Assembly: GCA_033442325.1 (NCBI GenBank)
Contig: JAWQFM010000020.1
Location: 605,719-669,718, forward strand
Direction of reading: 5' to 3'
Source: Salpingoeca rosetta
Lineage: Eukaryota; Protista; Choanoflagellata
DNA length: 64,000 nt
The notes beneath the pieces are model-generated. The model saw only the letters and a program-made list of their open reading frames with translations. It did no database searches and was not told where the DNA came from. This document shows positions 1-34,361 of the stretch, piece by piece (position 1 is the stretch's first letter; the number at the start of each line of letters is the position of its first letter). A program made the translations under genes and the position numbers.

Positions 1-21773
<21,773 letters not shown>

Positions 21774-21805
21774 GCCACGCAGCAACGCACTGGGGGCTGG
21801 ATGTT

Positions 21806-22018
21806 CTGTACGTGAGTGCACGTTGAGGTGGTGAGAGTGAGATGCGGCGCTACAAGACAGTGCATGACACGTTATGGAGAGTGGCTCAGCAGCTACAACA
21901 AGATGATAGCCTCTTGTGCAGTTGATGTGAGTTTTGCAGCCCAACAAACCACGAGCAAACGACACCAAAACCACAAAAGCGAAGCAAGAAGTTAAGAAGC
22001 AAAGAAGCGCTGCCCTAC
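21806..22018 (-). other. Probable 5'-UTR intron of the ADGRV1-like gene
   Basis: Minus-strand donor GAG|GTAGGG at 22018 and branch/acceptor CTCACGTACAG| ending at 21806, 32 nt before the ATG. The upstream exon has an in-frame TAG and no intervening ATG. Confidence 0.4.
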
Positions 22019-23215
22019 CTCCTCGCCTCTCGTTGTCTCTCTCTCGGTGTCCCTGCTAATCTGTTGGGAGGGACGGCTTCAACGAAGGCTTGAGAGCTGT
22101 CACCGGTGCTGCTGTCGCTGCTGCTGTCACTTTGCTGCTGTTCTGTGGTCGTTGATTGTTGTGGTGTGGGCGGGTGTGGTTTTGGCACAAAAATAAAAAA
22201 ATTCTGCAAGAAGGCAGGAACACTGCCGCCGCCAATTTGAAATGAAGAGAAAGAAGACAGGAAGCGAGAAGAGAGGCAAGCACAGGAACTTCTGAACTTG
22301 GAATGGCCTCTGGGGAAGAGGAGCAAGAAAGACGGCGGCGTGCTTCAGCTCCTCACTTCCTCAAGTCCTATTCAGCAGTGGCTCTTCGCCGAGCTTCGTG
22401 GCACTGTTCTCAGCGTATCTTGTGTTTCTCAGTATATGGGTGTTTCTATGTTTGCACTGAACACGCAAACGCGAGGTCGCTCTGCAGCTCTGCAGCTCTG
22501 CTGCTACAGCGCACGACATCACAGACAGAGAAGGACGACAGGCTACATTGTTTTCTGTGGCGCTCTGTGACTGCTGGAACGTCAGCGTTGAGGCGGGGGG
22601 ATCTGGATGGAACCGTAGGTACTAACTAAGGCCGCTACAAGAAAGGAAACAGCCCAGCAAGCAGCAAAGTACTACAAAAGTAGCAATCCTCTATGTACTT
22701 TCTGCTTTCCTGTGTACTTTCTGTGCGTTCCCTTCCTTTCCTCCTTTCCTCCAGTCTTCCAGTCCTCCTCTACTCTTCTTGCACTCTGCTTGCTTCCAGT
22801 TCCTTAGCATTGGCATTTATTCTTATTGCTCTTAAGCTCTGACACACACCCCACACACACAAAGCTCATCTGGAGGAAGGAGGAGACTAGGAGAAGGAGG
22901 AGAAGAGACACAAAACACTAGAGAGGGAAGAGGGGAAGAAGAGAAGGAGAAGGAGAGAAGGAGAAGAAGAGCAGAAGAGACTGAACGAGTAACGAGGTCA
23001 TGTCTTCACGTCAACAAGTCCTCAAGTATCAAGTAGTCACAGCAGACACACACATCAAGTCAACAGCTCAAAGAGCAACCTTTCTTTCTCGCCTGCCTGC
23101 TTGTGCTTTGCCACGTTGGTTTGAATTTTCGTTGGTGCTTTCACCAATTTTCCAAACTCAAACAGCTGAGGCAAGCAAGACAGCGAAACCAGAAACCGCA
23201 CACGAGCACCAGTTC

Positions 23216-23365
<150 letters not shown>

Positions 23366-23402
23366 CACACTCAAAGAGCAACCCCCCTCTTCAACGCACA
23401 CC

Positions 23403-24239
23403 ATGTTGTCGACATCGCTGGCCTTGCTGCGACGCGCAGCGCTGGCGCGCATGCCAGCTGTGTCGAACGCAAGGACGTCCGTGTTGCTGTCATCGCGATG
23501 TGTGGCCCGCTTCCCTGCATCCACTTCAGCCACAGGTGGTTCATCCAGGCTGTTTCTGTCAACTGCCCACACCCACAGCTGTGACGACACCAACAGCACC
23601 AGCAGCAGCGGCAGCAACGCCGGGCCAGCCGCCTTTGCCACCTCACACACAGCCGCAGCAAATGCGACTGCACTGGCGATAGCCCACATGTCTGCTGGAG
23701 ACCTGTCCCGGCTGCCACTGCCTGCGTCGCCGTCAATGGTGCAGCTGCAGCAAGCCCGCCTGTACAGCTCAAGCACGCGCACCAGCAGCACCAGCACCTC
23801 CAAACAGCACCTCTCTGCGTCCCCGGCAGCGTCCGCTGGCCAAGCGCCACAGAAGCAGGAGGCCGAGGAGGACGAGGAAGAGCGCGACCGCAAGGCAATG
23901 CAGGGCCTCACCTCCATGCAGAAGTTCCGCTACATGCTCAGGAGGTATGGCAAGTTTGCGGCCGTGTACTACTTCCTCCTCGGGACCGCCGACCTCAGCC
24001 TCTACTACACAGCCATCAGCATGGGCGTGGACGTGCAGCCGTTCCTGGACTCCATCTTCTCTTATTTTGGCGGTAGCCCAGACTGGGTCTCCCCGAAGTA
24101 CGGCAACCTCATTGCAGCGTACAGCGTGCACAAGGTCATGACCGTACCGCGCGTCCTCGTCGTCGTCAGCACCACCCCGTCCATCATTAAGCGAATCAAG
24201 ATCAGGTACCCCAACTTTTACAACAAGTTCCTCAGATGA
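23403..24239 (+). CDS. FAM210: FAM210 / DUF1279 family mitochondrial membrane protein (single exon, ~278 aa)
   Basis: Arg/Ser/Ala-rich, acid-free N-terminus (MLSTSLALLRRAALARMPAV…) typical of a mitochondrial presequence. C-terminal DUF1279 pattern KFRYMLRRYGKFAAVYY…YYTAISMGVDVQPFL…GNLIAAYSVHKVMTVPR. Confidence 0.88.
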   Translation: MLSTSLALLRRAALARMPAVSNARTSVLLSSRCVARFPASTSATGGSSRLFLSTAHTHSCDDTNSTSSSGSNAGPAAFATSHTAAANATALAIAHMSAGDLSRLPLPASPSMVQLQQARLYSSSTRTSSTSTSKQHLSASPAASAGQAPQKQEAEEDEEERDRKAMQGLTSMQKFRYMLRRYGKFAAVYYFLLGTADLSLYYTAISMGVDVQPFLDSIFSYFGGSPDWVSPKYGNLIAAYSVHKVMTVPRVLVVVSTTPSIIKRIKIRYPNFYNKFLR

Positions 24240-24835
24240 ACGCCCCCTGCGTCGCCGTCGTGCGGAGGGTGGTGTTGCTCGACTGCCCACAGCAGCAAGT
24301 TGGTGAGGTGGTGAGTTGGTGACAAAACATTCGTTCAGGAAGAGTGTATGTGAGTCAGCAGGAGAGACAGAGACAGAAGAAAGAAGCAGAAAACAGAGAG
24401 GTTGTGTATGCGTGTGTGTGTGTATGCGTGTGTTGTGTGTGATGACACTTCGGTTTTGATGGCCAGACGGTTGTTCGCGTGCCATCACGCGTAGGTCCCC
24501 TGCTTATGTGTTCAGTTGCTTGCTTTCGTGTGTACAATCGATGCGTGCGTGCGTGCGTGAGTGCGTGTGTGTAACAGGGCGAAACGTCCATGTGTGCTGT
24601 TCTTCGTCGCCTCTGGCCCCTTTTGCTTGTGCGGTGAATTGCTCTGGCGACATGTAATAAATACCACACAACCACGGTGGTACGTATGTCAAGTGGTTCA
24701 AAGAGAAAGAGGGTATTGAACGCATGTAGGGAAAGGAAAAGAAGGGGAGGAAATTCAATGAAGTAACACGCATCACATCAGTGTGGCACAACTGCGAAAA
24801 AAGCCAATAACTAACGTAAGCTGGCTGCCAGCGAG

Positions 24836-24883
<48 letters not shown>

Positions 24884-24938
24884 CGTAACGTTCCGCGCAG
24901 CAGCATCACCAGCAGCATCATCATCATCGTCATCCTTG

Positions 24939-27900
24939 TCAGGTCCTCTTTGCGTGTCTCGGGCGCGGAGGTGTGTGGATGCGAAGACCAGTGCTGCCGT
25001 TGCTGTGCACCTTGCGCTTTCGCAAAGAAGGAGGGGTTGTAGCAGCCACACCCACATCAGCCACACCCACAGCACCACCACGACCAAGAGCACGATGACG
25101 ATCACCACCACCGTTGAGGTTGGCATCGCTTTGGCCGCCGTTGTTGCAGTGGCCATCACCATAGGCGGCAGTCGACACGGTCGTCGCGCCACCACCACCG
25201 CCACGCACGGCTGTGGGGGCAGCAGAGCTTGCATGGGAAGGGCGGGCAACTCGAAGGTACACCACAGCGCCGCCAACTGCCACCGTGCACACCAACAGCA
25301 GCGCGCACAGTGCAAGCGCCGTCGCCACAACCACCAGCGACTCCAACCGGTGCACGTCCGCGCGCAGCAGCAACACATCTGCATGCAGGCTCATGACGTC
25401 ATGTCGCGTGCTGCTTGCGTCATCGCGCAGCGTGCGAACAGCGGATGTCAGGTCTTGCTCAAGCCGGCGCGTGCGCTGCGACAGCTGATTCAGGTACGTG
25501 TCTGTCAGCGACGTGTCCCGCTCCAGCTCCGCAATCCGCGCCCGCAAGTGCGTCATAAACGAGGCGGTTTTGGAGCGGGAGGTGAATGAACCAACACCAG
25601 CAGTGGGCGCGCCGGCACCACCGCCACTTGCCGGTGTTGGTGCTGCCGTCGTTGTCGTGTCGGCCGTGTTGGCTGTCTTGTGCACATTGGGAGCTGGACT
25701 TGTTGCGTTCCTGTGGGTCTGGTCAGTCGTGTGCGTGGCGTTGGCATGTGCAGTGGCGTTGTCGGCGCTGGTGGCTGCGCTCGCATGGACACTGCCGCCC
25801 ACGGCAACGGGCTGTTCGTCTGATGACCTGCTGCTGCGGCCAGACCGCTGATCATCCCTGCTGCTGTTGCTGGTGCCATTGTTGGTGGTTGTGCTGGTCG
25901 TCGTTGTTGCTGCGTCGGGTGCCTTGTGGCGGCGGTGGAGCTGCACGGGTACCGTTGGCAGGCCACCAGCCATCGTGCACCTGTCGGTGCGGCATTGCGC
26001 GGAAGACCGCGCCATCCCCACGCTGATCATGTTGACCGTGTTGGTCATGTTGAGTTGTGGACACTGCCACCACCACCACCACAGCTGCTCCGACCCTCGT
26101 GCGCCTGTCCGTCCTTGCGGCGATGGAGACGCAGCAGAGCGACCTGCACTCTCGTGCGTGCCGTCGCTGCTACTTTCATCATCGTTGGTGCTCGCGCTGG
26201 CCCTTGTGTCACCGCTGCCGTTCCTCTGCTCACCATCAGATGCACCATCATGGGCAGCAGCATCAGTGGTAGTTGTTGTGGGAGTGGCGGTTGTTGTTGT
26301 TGTGTGTTGCGGGCGCCCAGCACGCCCCGCCTTGGGCAGGCAGCCCCACCGCACCGCTGCGCACGCGTTACACGGCAGCGTCCGGGTTGGCCGCAATGGC
26401 GAAGATGATGAGGTGAGCGCTGCCGTGGCCGTGGCCGTCCGTTGTGGGGATGACCGCGTGTGCTGCGGCGGCCTGCTGGCGTGCGGTGCAGCTGCGTCAC
26501 CCGACGATGCACGGCCAGCAGTGTCTTGGGCCACTGCATCCGACGGCTGTTGACGACTGCTCGAAAGAGCGCCAACCGCGTCATCTCCATCTGCACTGAC
26601 GGGCGCGCTGACCTGAGGCGGCTGCTGTTGCTGTTCGCGGTGGGGGTGAATGCCGTCGGGGTTGGTGTCCGCATCAGGACTGCTGGCATCCTCTTCGCTG
26701 GGGGTCGACGTGTCAGGCACAGCTCGTGTGGGTGTGTCACCGCGCACCACCGACCCGGATGCATCTGACAATGACGACGATTGTACTGGTGGCGATGGCC
26801 GTGAGCTCGCTGTGCTGGGTGATGCATCTGCTGTTGCCTCAACCGAGTTCGACCCAACGTGCTCCTGCTCAGGTGACGGCGCCTTGGGCGATGACGGTGC
26901 ACCCGCTCCCTCCTTGTGCTGCTGGTGCTGCTCGTGCTGCGGCGTGTTTTCATCTCCTCCTTCCGCCTGTGCTGATGCGTGCGGTTTGCCCTGGGAAAGA
27001 GACACAAGGCGGGCAGCGACCTTAGAGAGGCCACCGGAGGCACGACCTTCACCAGCGCCACTATGATCACCACCACCACCACCATCACCATCACCCTCAA
27101 TAGCGGCAGCATCGCCCGAGGCGGGGTCCGTGGTGGTGTCCTGGCTGTGCGGTGCTGCGGCAAGAGCATCATCAACAGCGTCTTCGTCGCGGCCGTCCAG
27201 CTCTGCGGGTTCCCGAGAGCGCTGCGCCGGCGCTTCGTCTTTCGATGACACTGTGGAGGAAGAAGAGGATGAGGACCGTGGCGCTGGCGACCGCGCAGGC
27301 GTGCCCGCATTTTCGGCGCTATCAGGCCCACCGTTGCTGTCGCCGCCCGCCTGAGCCTTCGTGCCCGCGGCCACGGCAGCGCTTCCACGACCGCCGTCAG
27401 TGCTGTCGTCGGCAATGCGTGCAGATGCTGCAACAACATCACGGGCGCGGATCGCAAACTCGTCATCTGGGTTGGCATCAACCGTATCTTCATCATCCTC
27501 ACCCTGGCCAGCAGCAGGAACGGTATCAGCGGCGTGCGTTGAAGGAGGTGGCACATGATCACCCTCACCTGCACTGCTGTGACCGCCGTCTGCAGCATCA
27601 GCAACACGCCCACTTGACGGTGCTACCTGCTCCGCGTTGCCTCCCTCACCATCACCACCACCACCATCACTGCCAGCCCGCGTCTCAGCGCCGCCCCGTA
27701 TCAGCGACGAGTCTCGCGCGTCCCGCGTGTCTCCAGCTGTGTTGGGCGGTGGTGCCGGTGACGGCGACGGCGATTGATTTGGTGCTGATGTTGTGCCATC
27801 CTCATGATCAGGAGTGGTGGTTGGGACTGCTTGGTTGTGTTTCTCCGCACTGTCGCCAGCACCTGTCGCGCCATCATCATCATCATCATCAGCAGCAGCA

Positions 27901-28930
27901 TGATTGCCGTGTTTGTGCATGTCACCTTCATCGTCCTCATTCTCACCATCAACAGACACAATAAATCCCACCCCACGTCGCTGCTGCTGCTGCTGCTGCT
28001 GCTGTGGGTCTCGTGCATCGTCAGTTGCACCAGCTGATGTTGATGATGATGATGATGATGATGATGACGGTGGTGTTGCTGTGCTCTCGTTCTCTGCTTG
28101 CGTGGCTTCGTGCGATGCAGCCTCCAGTGATGACGGTTTCGTGTCATTCAGCGCAGACGTAGGCAAACAACCCTCTTCCTGGGTGCTGCTGCCTTGCGTA
28201 TGATCGGTACCATCCACATGCATTCCTCGACCGTCAGCGCCATCACCACGCCCAGCGGTCTCCTCTTGCTCTCGAGCAGCGCGCATGTGGTCGGGTTGGT
28301 CGTGTTGTTGCCCTTGCTGCTGGCGCTGCTGCTCCTGTTGCCGTTCGCTTGCATTCCCGTCACGACCATCCACGGCGCTGTGGGTGTCGATGTGGGTGTC
28401 GGAAGTGGGCTTCACATCTGCGGGCATGTCAGTGTTCATGGGTGTGCTTGCGCCCACATCCTCCATGCTCCTGCTGTCGCTGGCAGTGCTCGAGGCGCCA
28501 CCTGCATTGTGCGCTTCCTCCTCCTGTTGGTGTTGCTGGTGGTGTTGCTGGTGGTGTTGCTGGTGGTGTTGCTGTTGTTGTGGCTGTTGTTGTGGCTGCT
28601 GTACTTCACCCTTCTCCTCCTCCTCTTCCTCGTCGTCATCATAAGCCGAGTCCACCTCCACCACCATCGCCGGCGGTGACGACCCGCGCATGCGGTCATC
28701 GTCTGACGCCCACAGCAGCTGCCCAACCAGTCGCGCCCCTTGCATCACCGTGCCTGCAGGCAATCCGAGCGAGGCGCGAGGTGAGAGGAGACATATTATT
28801 CATGTTAAGGGGGTTGCTGTGCCTGCAAGGCTGGCACACGTGAACAACAAAACAGGCAGAAACAAAAAAAAAAAAACACACACACACAAAACAAACAACC
28901 AAACAAAACAAACAACCATCATCATACTTG

Positions 28931-28962
<32 letters not shown>

Positions 28963-29202
28963 TACAAGCATGTGAGCTTACGGGCCAGCGAGGATGTGTG
29001 GGCTGCATTGGTTTGCTGGCTACTGGCGCCATCTGCATTGTTCTCATCCAAGCCATTTGGCTCGCCCTGCGCCTGTCCACACATACACACGCACGTATGT
29101 AATCGGTCATGCGCGTTAGAAGTGAACGTGAACAGATGGTAGACACGAGGCCGATGACGATACACTGAAAGGAAGCGAGGGGAAGGTCGTGTGTGTGTGT
29201 GT

Positions 29203-29254
<52 letters not shown>

Positions 29255-29520
29255 ACAAGAGGGCGCCTGTTGCGCGATTGAGATCATCCATACCCGCAAG
29301 AAGTTGAACTCCTGAATCATGGTCACACCGCGGCACGTCACCACGCTGTGTAGACGTGTGTGTTTGTGTGTGTTGGGGGGGGGGGTGTTGGCACAGGGGC
29401 AAGTGCATCCGCGTTTCGGTGAGAGCAGGACAGGGTGTGCAATCCAATGTGCACAAGAAGCAATGCCAGACACACACACACACACACCCTCTCTGTCTCA
29501 CACACTCACACACACACGCA

Positions 29521-29557
<37 letters not shown>

Positions 29558-30250
29558 TCACTCACACATTCACACTCACACTCACACACACACACACACA
29601 CACACACACTCTCTCTCTCTCTCTCTCCACATACATCCATGCATGCATGCACGCACGAAAGATGTACCTGAGGGGACAATAAAACTCCGAGCCGTAGTGC
29701 TCTGTGACGTGGAAGCGAACAAACTTGGCAAACTGCTGGCTCTCCACCTGGAACTTTTGTATCGACCGCACATCCTGTTGCGTGCGCACGTGCGTGATAT
29801 CAAGGGACGTGAGAATTACACCAGCAACGAACAGAGTAAACCGAGGTTGAATTGCGACAAAACGAAACAGGTGTGCAAATCCGTTGTATATGTGTGCCTG
29901 CATGCACTGTTCCCGCGCAACACGACAACACACACACACACACACACACACACACGACACATATGCGTATGCGTGCACAACAGCCGACAAAGTGACCTTG
30001 AGGTGGAGGGTGCCGATGTGCTCCCACTCCTCTGTTGGGTAGTGCTCGGACGCGCTAACTTCAACCGTCTTGGCAATGGAGGAGAAGAGCTCAAAGTTGG
30101 CAATGGTGATCTGCTGCAGCAGCACGTGGTCGCACAGCTCCACGATAAACCACGTGTCCGCCTTGCACGGCACCATCAGGTATGAGTCGCGGTTTGAGCT
30201 CAGCACCGCCGAAGCCTTCTTGATGTCCGGACTCGCAGCTACCATCTGCA

Positions 30251-30333
<83 letters not shown>

Positions 30334-31196
30334 CACACACACACACACATCGCAGGAGCAAGGAACACGCGACACGTTCAGTGCGTGAGTGTGTGAGTTG
30401 CCGACACTGGCATGGCATCATGCACATGCGAAAGAGCTGCATTAACTGCAGCAGCGGCGGGTGGCGATGGCGGTACCTGGGCGCCGCAGTCGTCGGACGC
30501 ATAATTGGCGCGCAAATGATCCCCAGATGGCGGCACTGTCGAGGAACAAACAGCATTGCGAGAGTACGAACACGGCATGAGCAACAGCATCACCGGATTG
30601 AGGCACAGAACACACACACACACACACAAGCGCCAGACACGGAGGCAGACTCACGCACACACGCACACTCACGCACACGCACGCATGCGCAGACATAGAG
30701 ACGCACGGACACACAGAACCTTGCCTCCCCCCCCCCCCACACACACACAGACATGCGCACACACGCAGAGCTGTACTTGCATGCAACATCAAAGGCTACG
30801 CGGCGTACCGTGAGTGACGTCGTAGTCATGGCCTCGAACAAAGTCGCGCCATTCATCAAAGGTGAGCGTGTCGTCCACCGTGCTGGCTAGATCGCCATCC
30901 ACGGTTTCCCGCATGAGGCTGCTGGGCTCCATCTCCAACGCATGCGCCAGTAGCGATGAATACATTGATGAGGGCGGCGGCGGTCCTCGATCCAGCAGCC
31001 ACGGCACGGCTGCAGTGCCGGTTGCGCTGCAGTTGTGTTGTGTGGCTGGCGTTGTGCAACGCGGTGAAAGATCGTTCGACGGCTTGGCCTGAAGCTGGGG
31101 GCGTTGCGAGCTGGGAAACCCGAGGACCAACACCATCAGCACCACAGCCACTGACGCCTTGTCATAACGTCGGTATCCAAGAAGGTACGCCATCAT
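24939..31196 (-). CDS. SUCO: Mid-SUN domain protein (SUCO/Osteopotentia/Slp1 family), ~7 exons
   Basis: N-terminal hydrophobic stretch (SVAVVLMVLVLG). Spliced SUN domain: RANYASDDCGAQ|MVAASPDIKKASAVLSSNRDSYLMVPC…WFIVELCDHV…IANFELFSS…YPTEEW…|FAKFVRFHVTEHYGSEFYCPL|SVVTCRGVTMIQEF. Then a >1,000-aa low-complexity linker, the family coiled coil SFMTHLRARIAELERDTSLTDTYLNQLSQR, and a C-terminal TM helix. Confidence 0.92.
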
Positions 31197-31611
31197 CTTC
31201 AACAACAGCCCCTTGGTCAATTGTTTGTCTCTCTCTCTCTCTCTCCCTGCGCGCGCGTGCATGAAGTGATGAGGTGGTGCGTGCCAACGAACAGGGAACA
31301 GAACCAGTGTGAATGTATGCGCGCCAAGATGCGGACAGGCAAGCAAACAATGACACAAAAAAAAAGAAAGGAGAGGAAGCAAGACAGGAAGTGGAGTTGA
31401 AGGGGCTGCTCAACTTGCTCTCCAACGAGCTGGAGATAGCCCATCAACGAAGAGCAAAGCACGAGGCAGCCCTGGCTGCTGCTCCTCCTCGCCACCACAC
31501 CGCCACGTACGCCGCGGCACACAACAGCAGACAACGTTGCTGTCTGTTTTTCCGCGTCAGCAGCTGAGTTGTGGGGCTTACCGGATGGCCGATGATTAAA
31601 TGAAAACATAC

Positions 31612-31635
31612 ACGGAAAATCTACATCTTTTACCA
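31612..31635 (-). promoter_or_regulatory. Bipartite motif copy 1 (TGGTA-N6-GTAGATTTTCCGT on minus) in the SUCO/Ac45 divergent promoter
   Basis: Plus strand reads ACGGAAAATCTAC-ATCTTT-TACCA. All 18 defined positions are identical to the copy at 34292. Confidence 0.55.
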
Positions 31636-31743
31636 ACCGATATTTAGATGAAGATATCCATCATTTGTCGCAACCTCAATCTGGAGCTCCACAAGCAGCA
31701 CCATTCACCACCACACGCCCTTGTTGAGTTGCTCCCCATATTG

Positions 31744-32927
31744 ATGATGATGAGCCCACGTACTGTGCTTGTGGCGCTGGCTGTGCTGGCGTGCCTTGCC
31801 TGCTCCGCATTGGCTTCCCAACCCATGCTCGCATGGTCGCAGGATGAGTGAGTTATGTGGTTTGTGCGTGTGAGCGGTGTGTGTGTGTGTTGTGGTTGTT
31901 GTTGTGTGTGTGTGTTGGTTGTTGTTGTTTGTGTGTGTGTGTGTTGAGTTTGGTGTTTGTCGTGACTGTGGCGAGCTGCTCTTGTGAGGCTTGTTGATTG
32001 TTTGATCGTTTCAGGTCACAGCACACACACACACACGCACACACACGCATGCATACACGCACACAATGCTCACATCATACAACGCTCACATCGTTCACGT
32101 GATCATCGTCGTCGTCGTCGTCGTCAGGAGCTTGGCGTCGTTGAACGTGGCAGATGCCGCCACCTCAGAGCAGCTCGTTGCCTCCTTTATGCAGCCCAAG
32201 GCAGCCACCGAGCGCGTTTCCCTCATCTTCGTGCAACAAGACGTATGTGTTGTGACCTGTCTGTATGCAAGCCAAGTGAAGCGTCACCAACCAACCCACC
32301 AACCAACCAACCATCAAACCAACCAACCAAGCTGCCGTGCACTGCGCTAACAACACCGTAATGTTTTTTCTTTTTGGTCACTCACTCGCCTTGTCCATCA
32401 TGCGTGCAGGTGACCGTTGAGGACCTCACCACCTTCTCTCAGAGCACAGAAGAGACACCTTTCCTTCAGGTGAGCCGCACACTGTGTGGTGGTGCTCGTC
32501 GCTTGGGCTTGCGATTGGATGATGCAAACTTGTGATGCATACGCTTAAGGCTGCGGTCCCCCCGCTCGTTCTCACCACCGTCATCGCATGCCCTGTTTGC
32601 TGTTTTGCATGGGAGCAGAAGGCACACGCTGGCGCCTCTTCCCGCGCCTTCGCCCAAGCACCCACTCCTCTCTCGAACAGGTACGCTTGCTCCTGGTTTG
32701 TGGTCGTGGTCGCTCATGCGGTAGCCGGTGGAGAGCAATACGGTTGTTCTCTTGACTGCAGTAAGCGTGTTCTCCTGACTGCGATGATTATGGGGTCCTT
32801 TGCCACCACTCATGCATTTTTTGTTTGTCTTGGACCACTCTCTGTCCATCGTGCTTCACTCGCGCCAACAGCGACCTGCTGGCTCTCGTGAACGAGGCTG
32901 AGTCATCCATCGTTCTCGATGCTGCAG

Positions 32928-32964
<37 letters not shown>

Positions 32965-33394
32965 CGTGTGTGATCGAGCGCGTGGTTACGCGAGTTGTTT
33001 TGGTGGAACCAAGTCTCGCGATTCAGCTCAACCTTTGAATGTCACTGCTTCCTGTCTGGATTCCTTGCAGATGTTACCGCCGAGGCTGTGCAGGGCAGTG
33101 CTGTTGTTGTTGTCCGCCTTCCCAGCCGCGCCTCCTGCAACATGCTCACCACAGGTGCGCACCCTCTTTTGCTCTGTGTGTGTTTGTGTGTGCATTCCGT
33201 GCTCCAAATTAGCCGAACCTGCCAGCTCATCCACGTGCCACGCGTCTCTCCCTCCTTCCAATGTGCTCTCCCTCGTATGCGTGTGTGTGCATAGACGCGA
33301 CAGTAGAGTCGATTGTGTCCACCGTTGACGCCGCCGTTGACGCCCCGATGACCGTCGCCTTTCTCGGCACCACCCCCACCACCGTACGCGTTGC

Positions 33395-33453
<59 letters not shown>

Positions 33454-34065
33454 TGTGTGTGTGGGTGTGTGTGCGATTCTCTGCTTTCTGCTGTTCTTCT
33501 TCATCCACCTGCCTCTCCTCTCACGTGACCCTCTGCCAATGATACGCCCCCCCACCCATCACTGCACGACAGATGGCAGCCCGTCCCCGCGCCCGCCGCT
33601 CCGCCGCCGTGCCCTCCATCGCCCAGCAGCGCCTCAGCCTCCTCCCAGGTCAGCAACCACACATACACACATACTCACATATACACACACATACACACAC
33701 ATGACACACAAACACAACTGTTTTCGCAGCTGTGTTTTGCGTTTACGTTGAGGGTGAGAGGAACCTGCTGAACCAAGCACCATCACTCACGTCAACTACA
33801 CCCACGTCCAACTCACGTCCACAACACAACACAACACAACACAACACAACCCCCTGGTGCAGAGCCGACCTATGTTGCGTCTCGCCCTGAGCAGCGTCAC
33901 GAGGTTGCCCTGCAGTGGTTCAGCATCCCCATCCTCTCTGGCGTGATTGTGGGCCTGTTGTTTGTGTTCACCATCATTGTTGGGTCGTGTGGGCTCCTTG
34001 TCACGCAGACGCCCGAGCAGTGGCCCGATGCAGCCCACGACAAGAACCTAGACGTGCCCCAGTAA
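31744..34065 (+). CDS. ATP6AP1: V-ATPase accessory subunit S1 (Ac45/ATP6AP1/Voa1 family), 9 exons, ~283 aa
   Basis: Signal peptide, then QPMLAWS, ERVSLIFVQQD|VTVEDLT, ESSIVLDA, VVVVRLP and PMTVAFLG…P, which match the Ac45 N-terminal pro-region. Furin-type RARR site in exon 33573-33648. C-terminal Ac45/Voa1 TM WFSIPILSGVIVGLLFVFTIIVGSCGLLVTQTP. All junctions are phase-consistent GT-AG. Confidence 0.82.
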
Positions 34066-34164
34066 ACGCTTCCTTCCACCCACCACCCCGAGGACTGAAG
34101 GAGAAGCGCACACCATGCAGAGCGAGTGGAGTGCGAGAGTGAGTGGAGTGCGAGAGTGAGACAG

Positions 34165-34275
<111 letters not shown>

Positions 34276-34291
34276 GACATTGGCGATTGTA

Positions 34292-34315
34292 TGGTATCTT
34301 TAGTAGATTTTCCGT
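34292..34315 (+). promoter_or_regulatory. Bipartite motif copy 2 (TGGTA-TCTTTA-GTAGATTTTCCGT), ending 46 nt before the ATG at 34362
   Basis: Reverse complement of the defined positions at 31612-31635, with the same 6-nt spacer length. Confidence 0.55.
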
Positions 34316-34361
34316 ACACACGTGGTTTTTGTTTGGCCTGAGAGAAGACAAGTCGCAAACG

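Noticed and set aside
22015-22629. Short ORFs in the ADGRV1-like/FAM210 intergenic region as a separate gene
   Set aside because: Non-ATG or weak starts, no motifs and low complexity; better explained as 5'-UTR and promoter.
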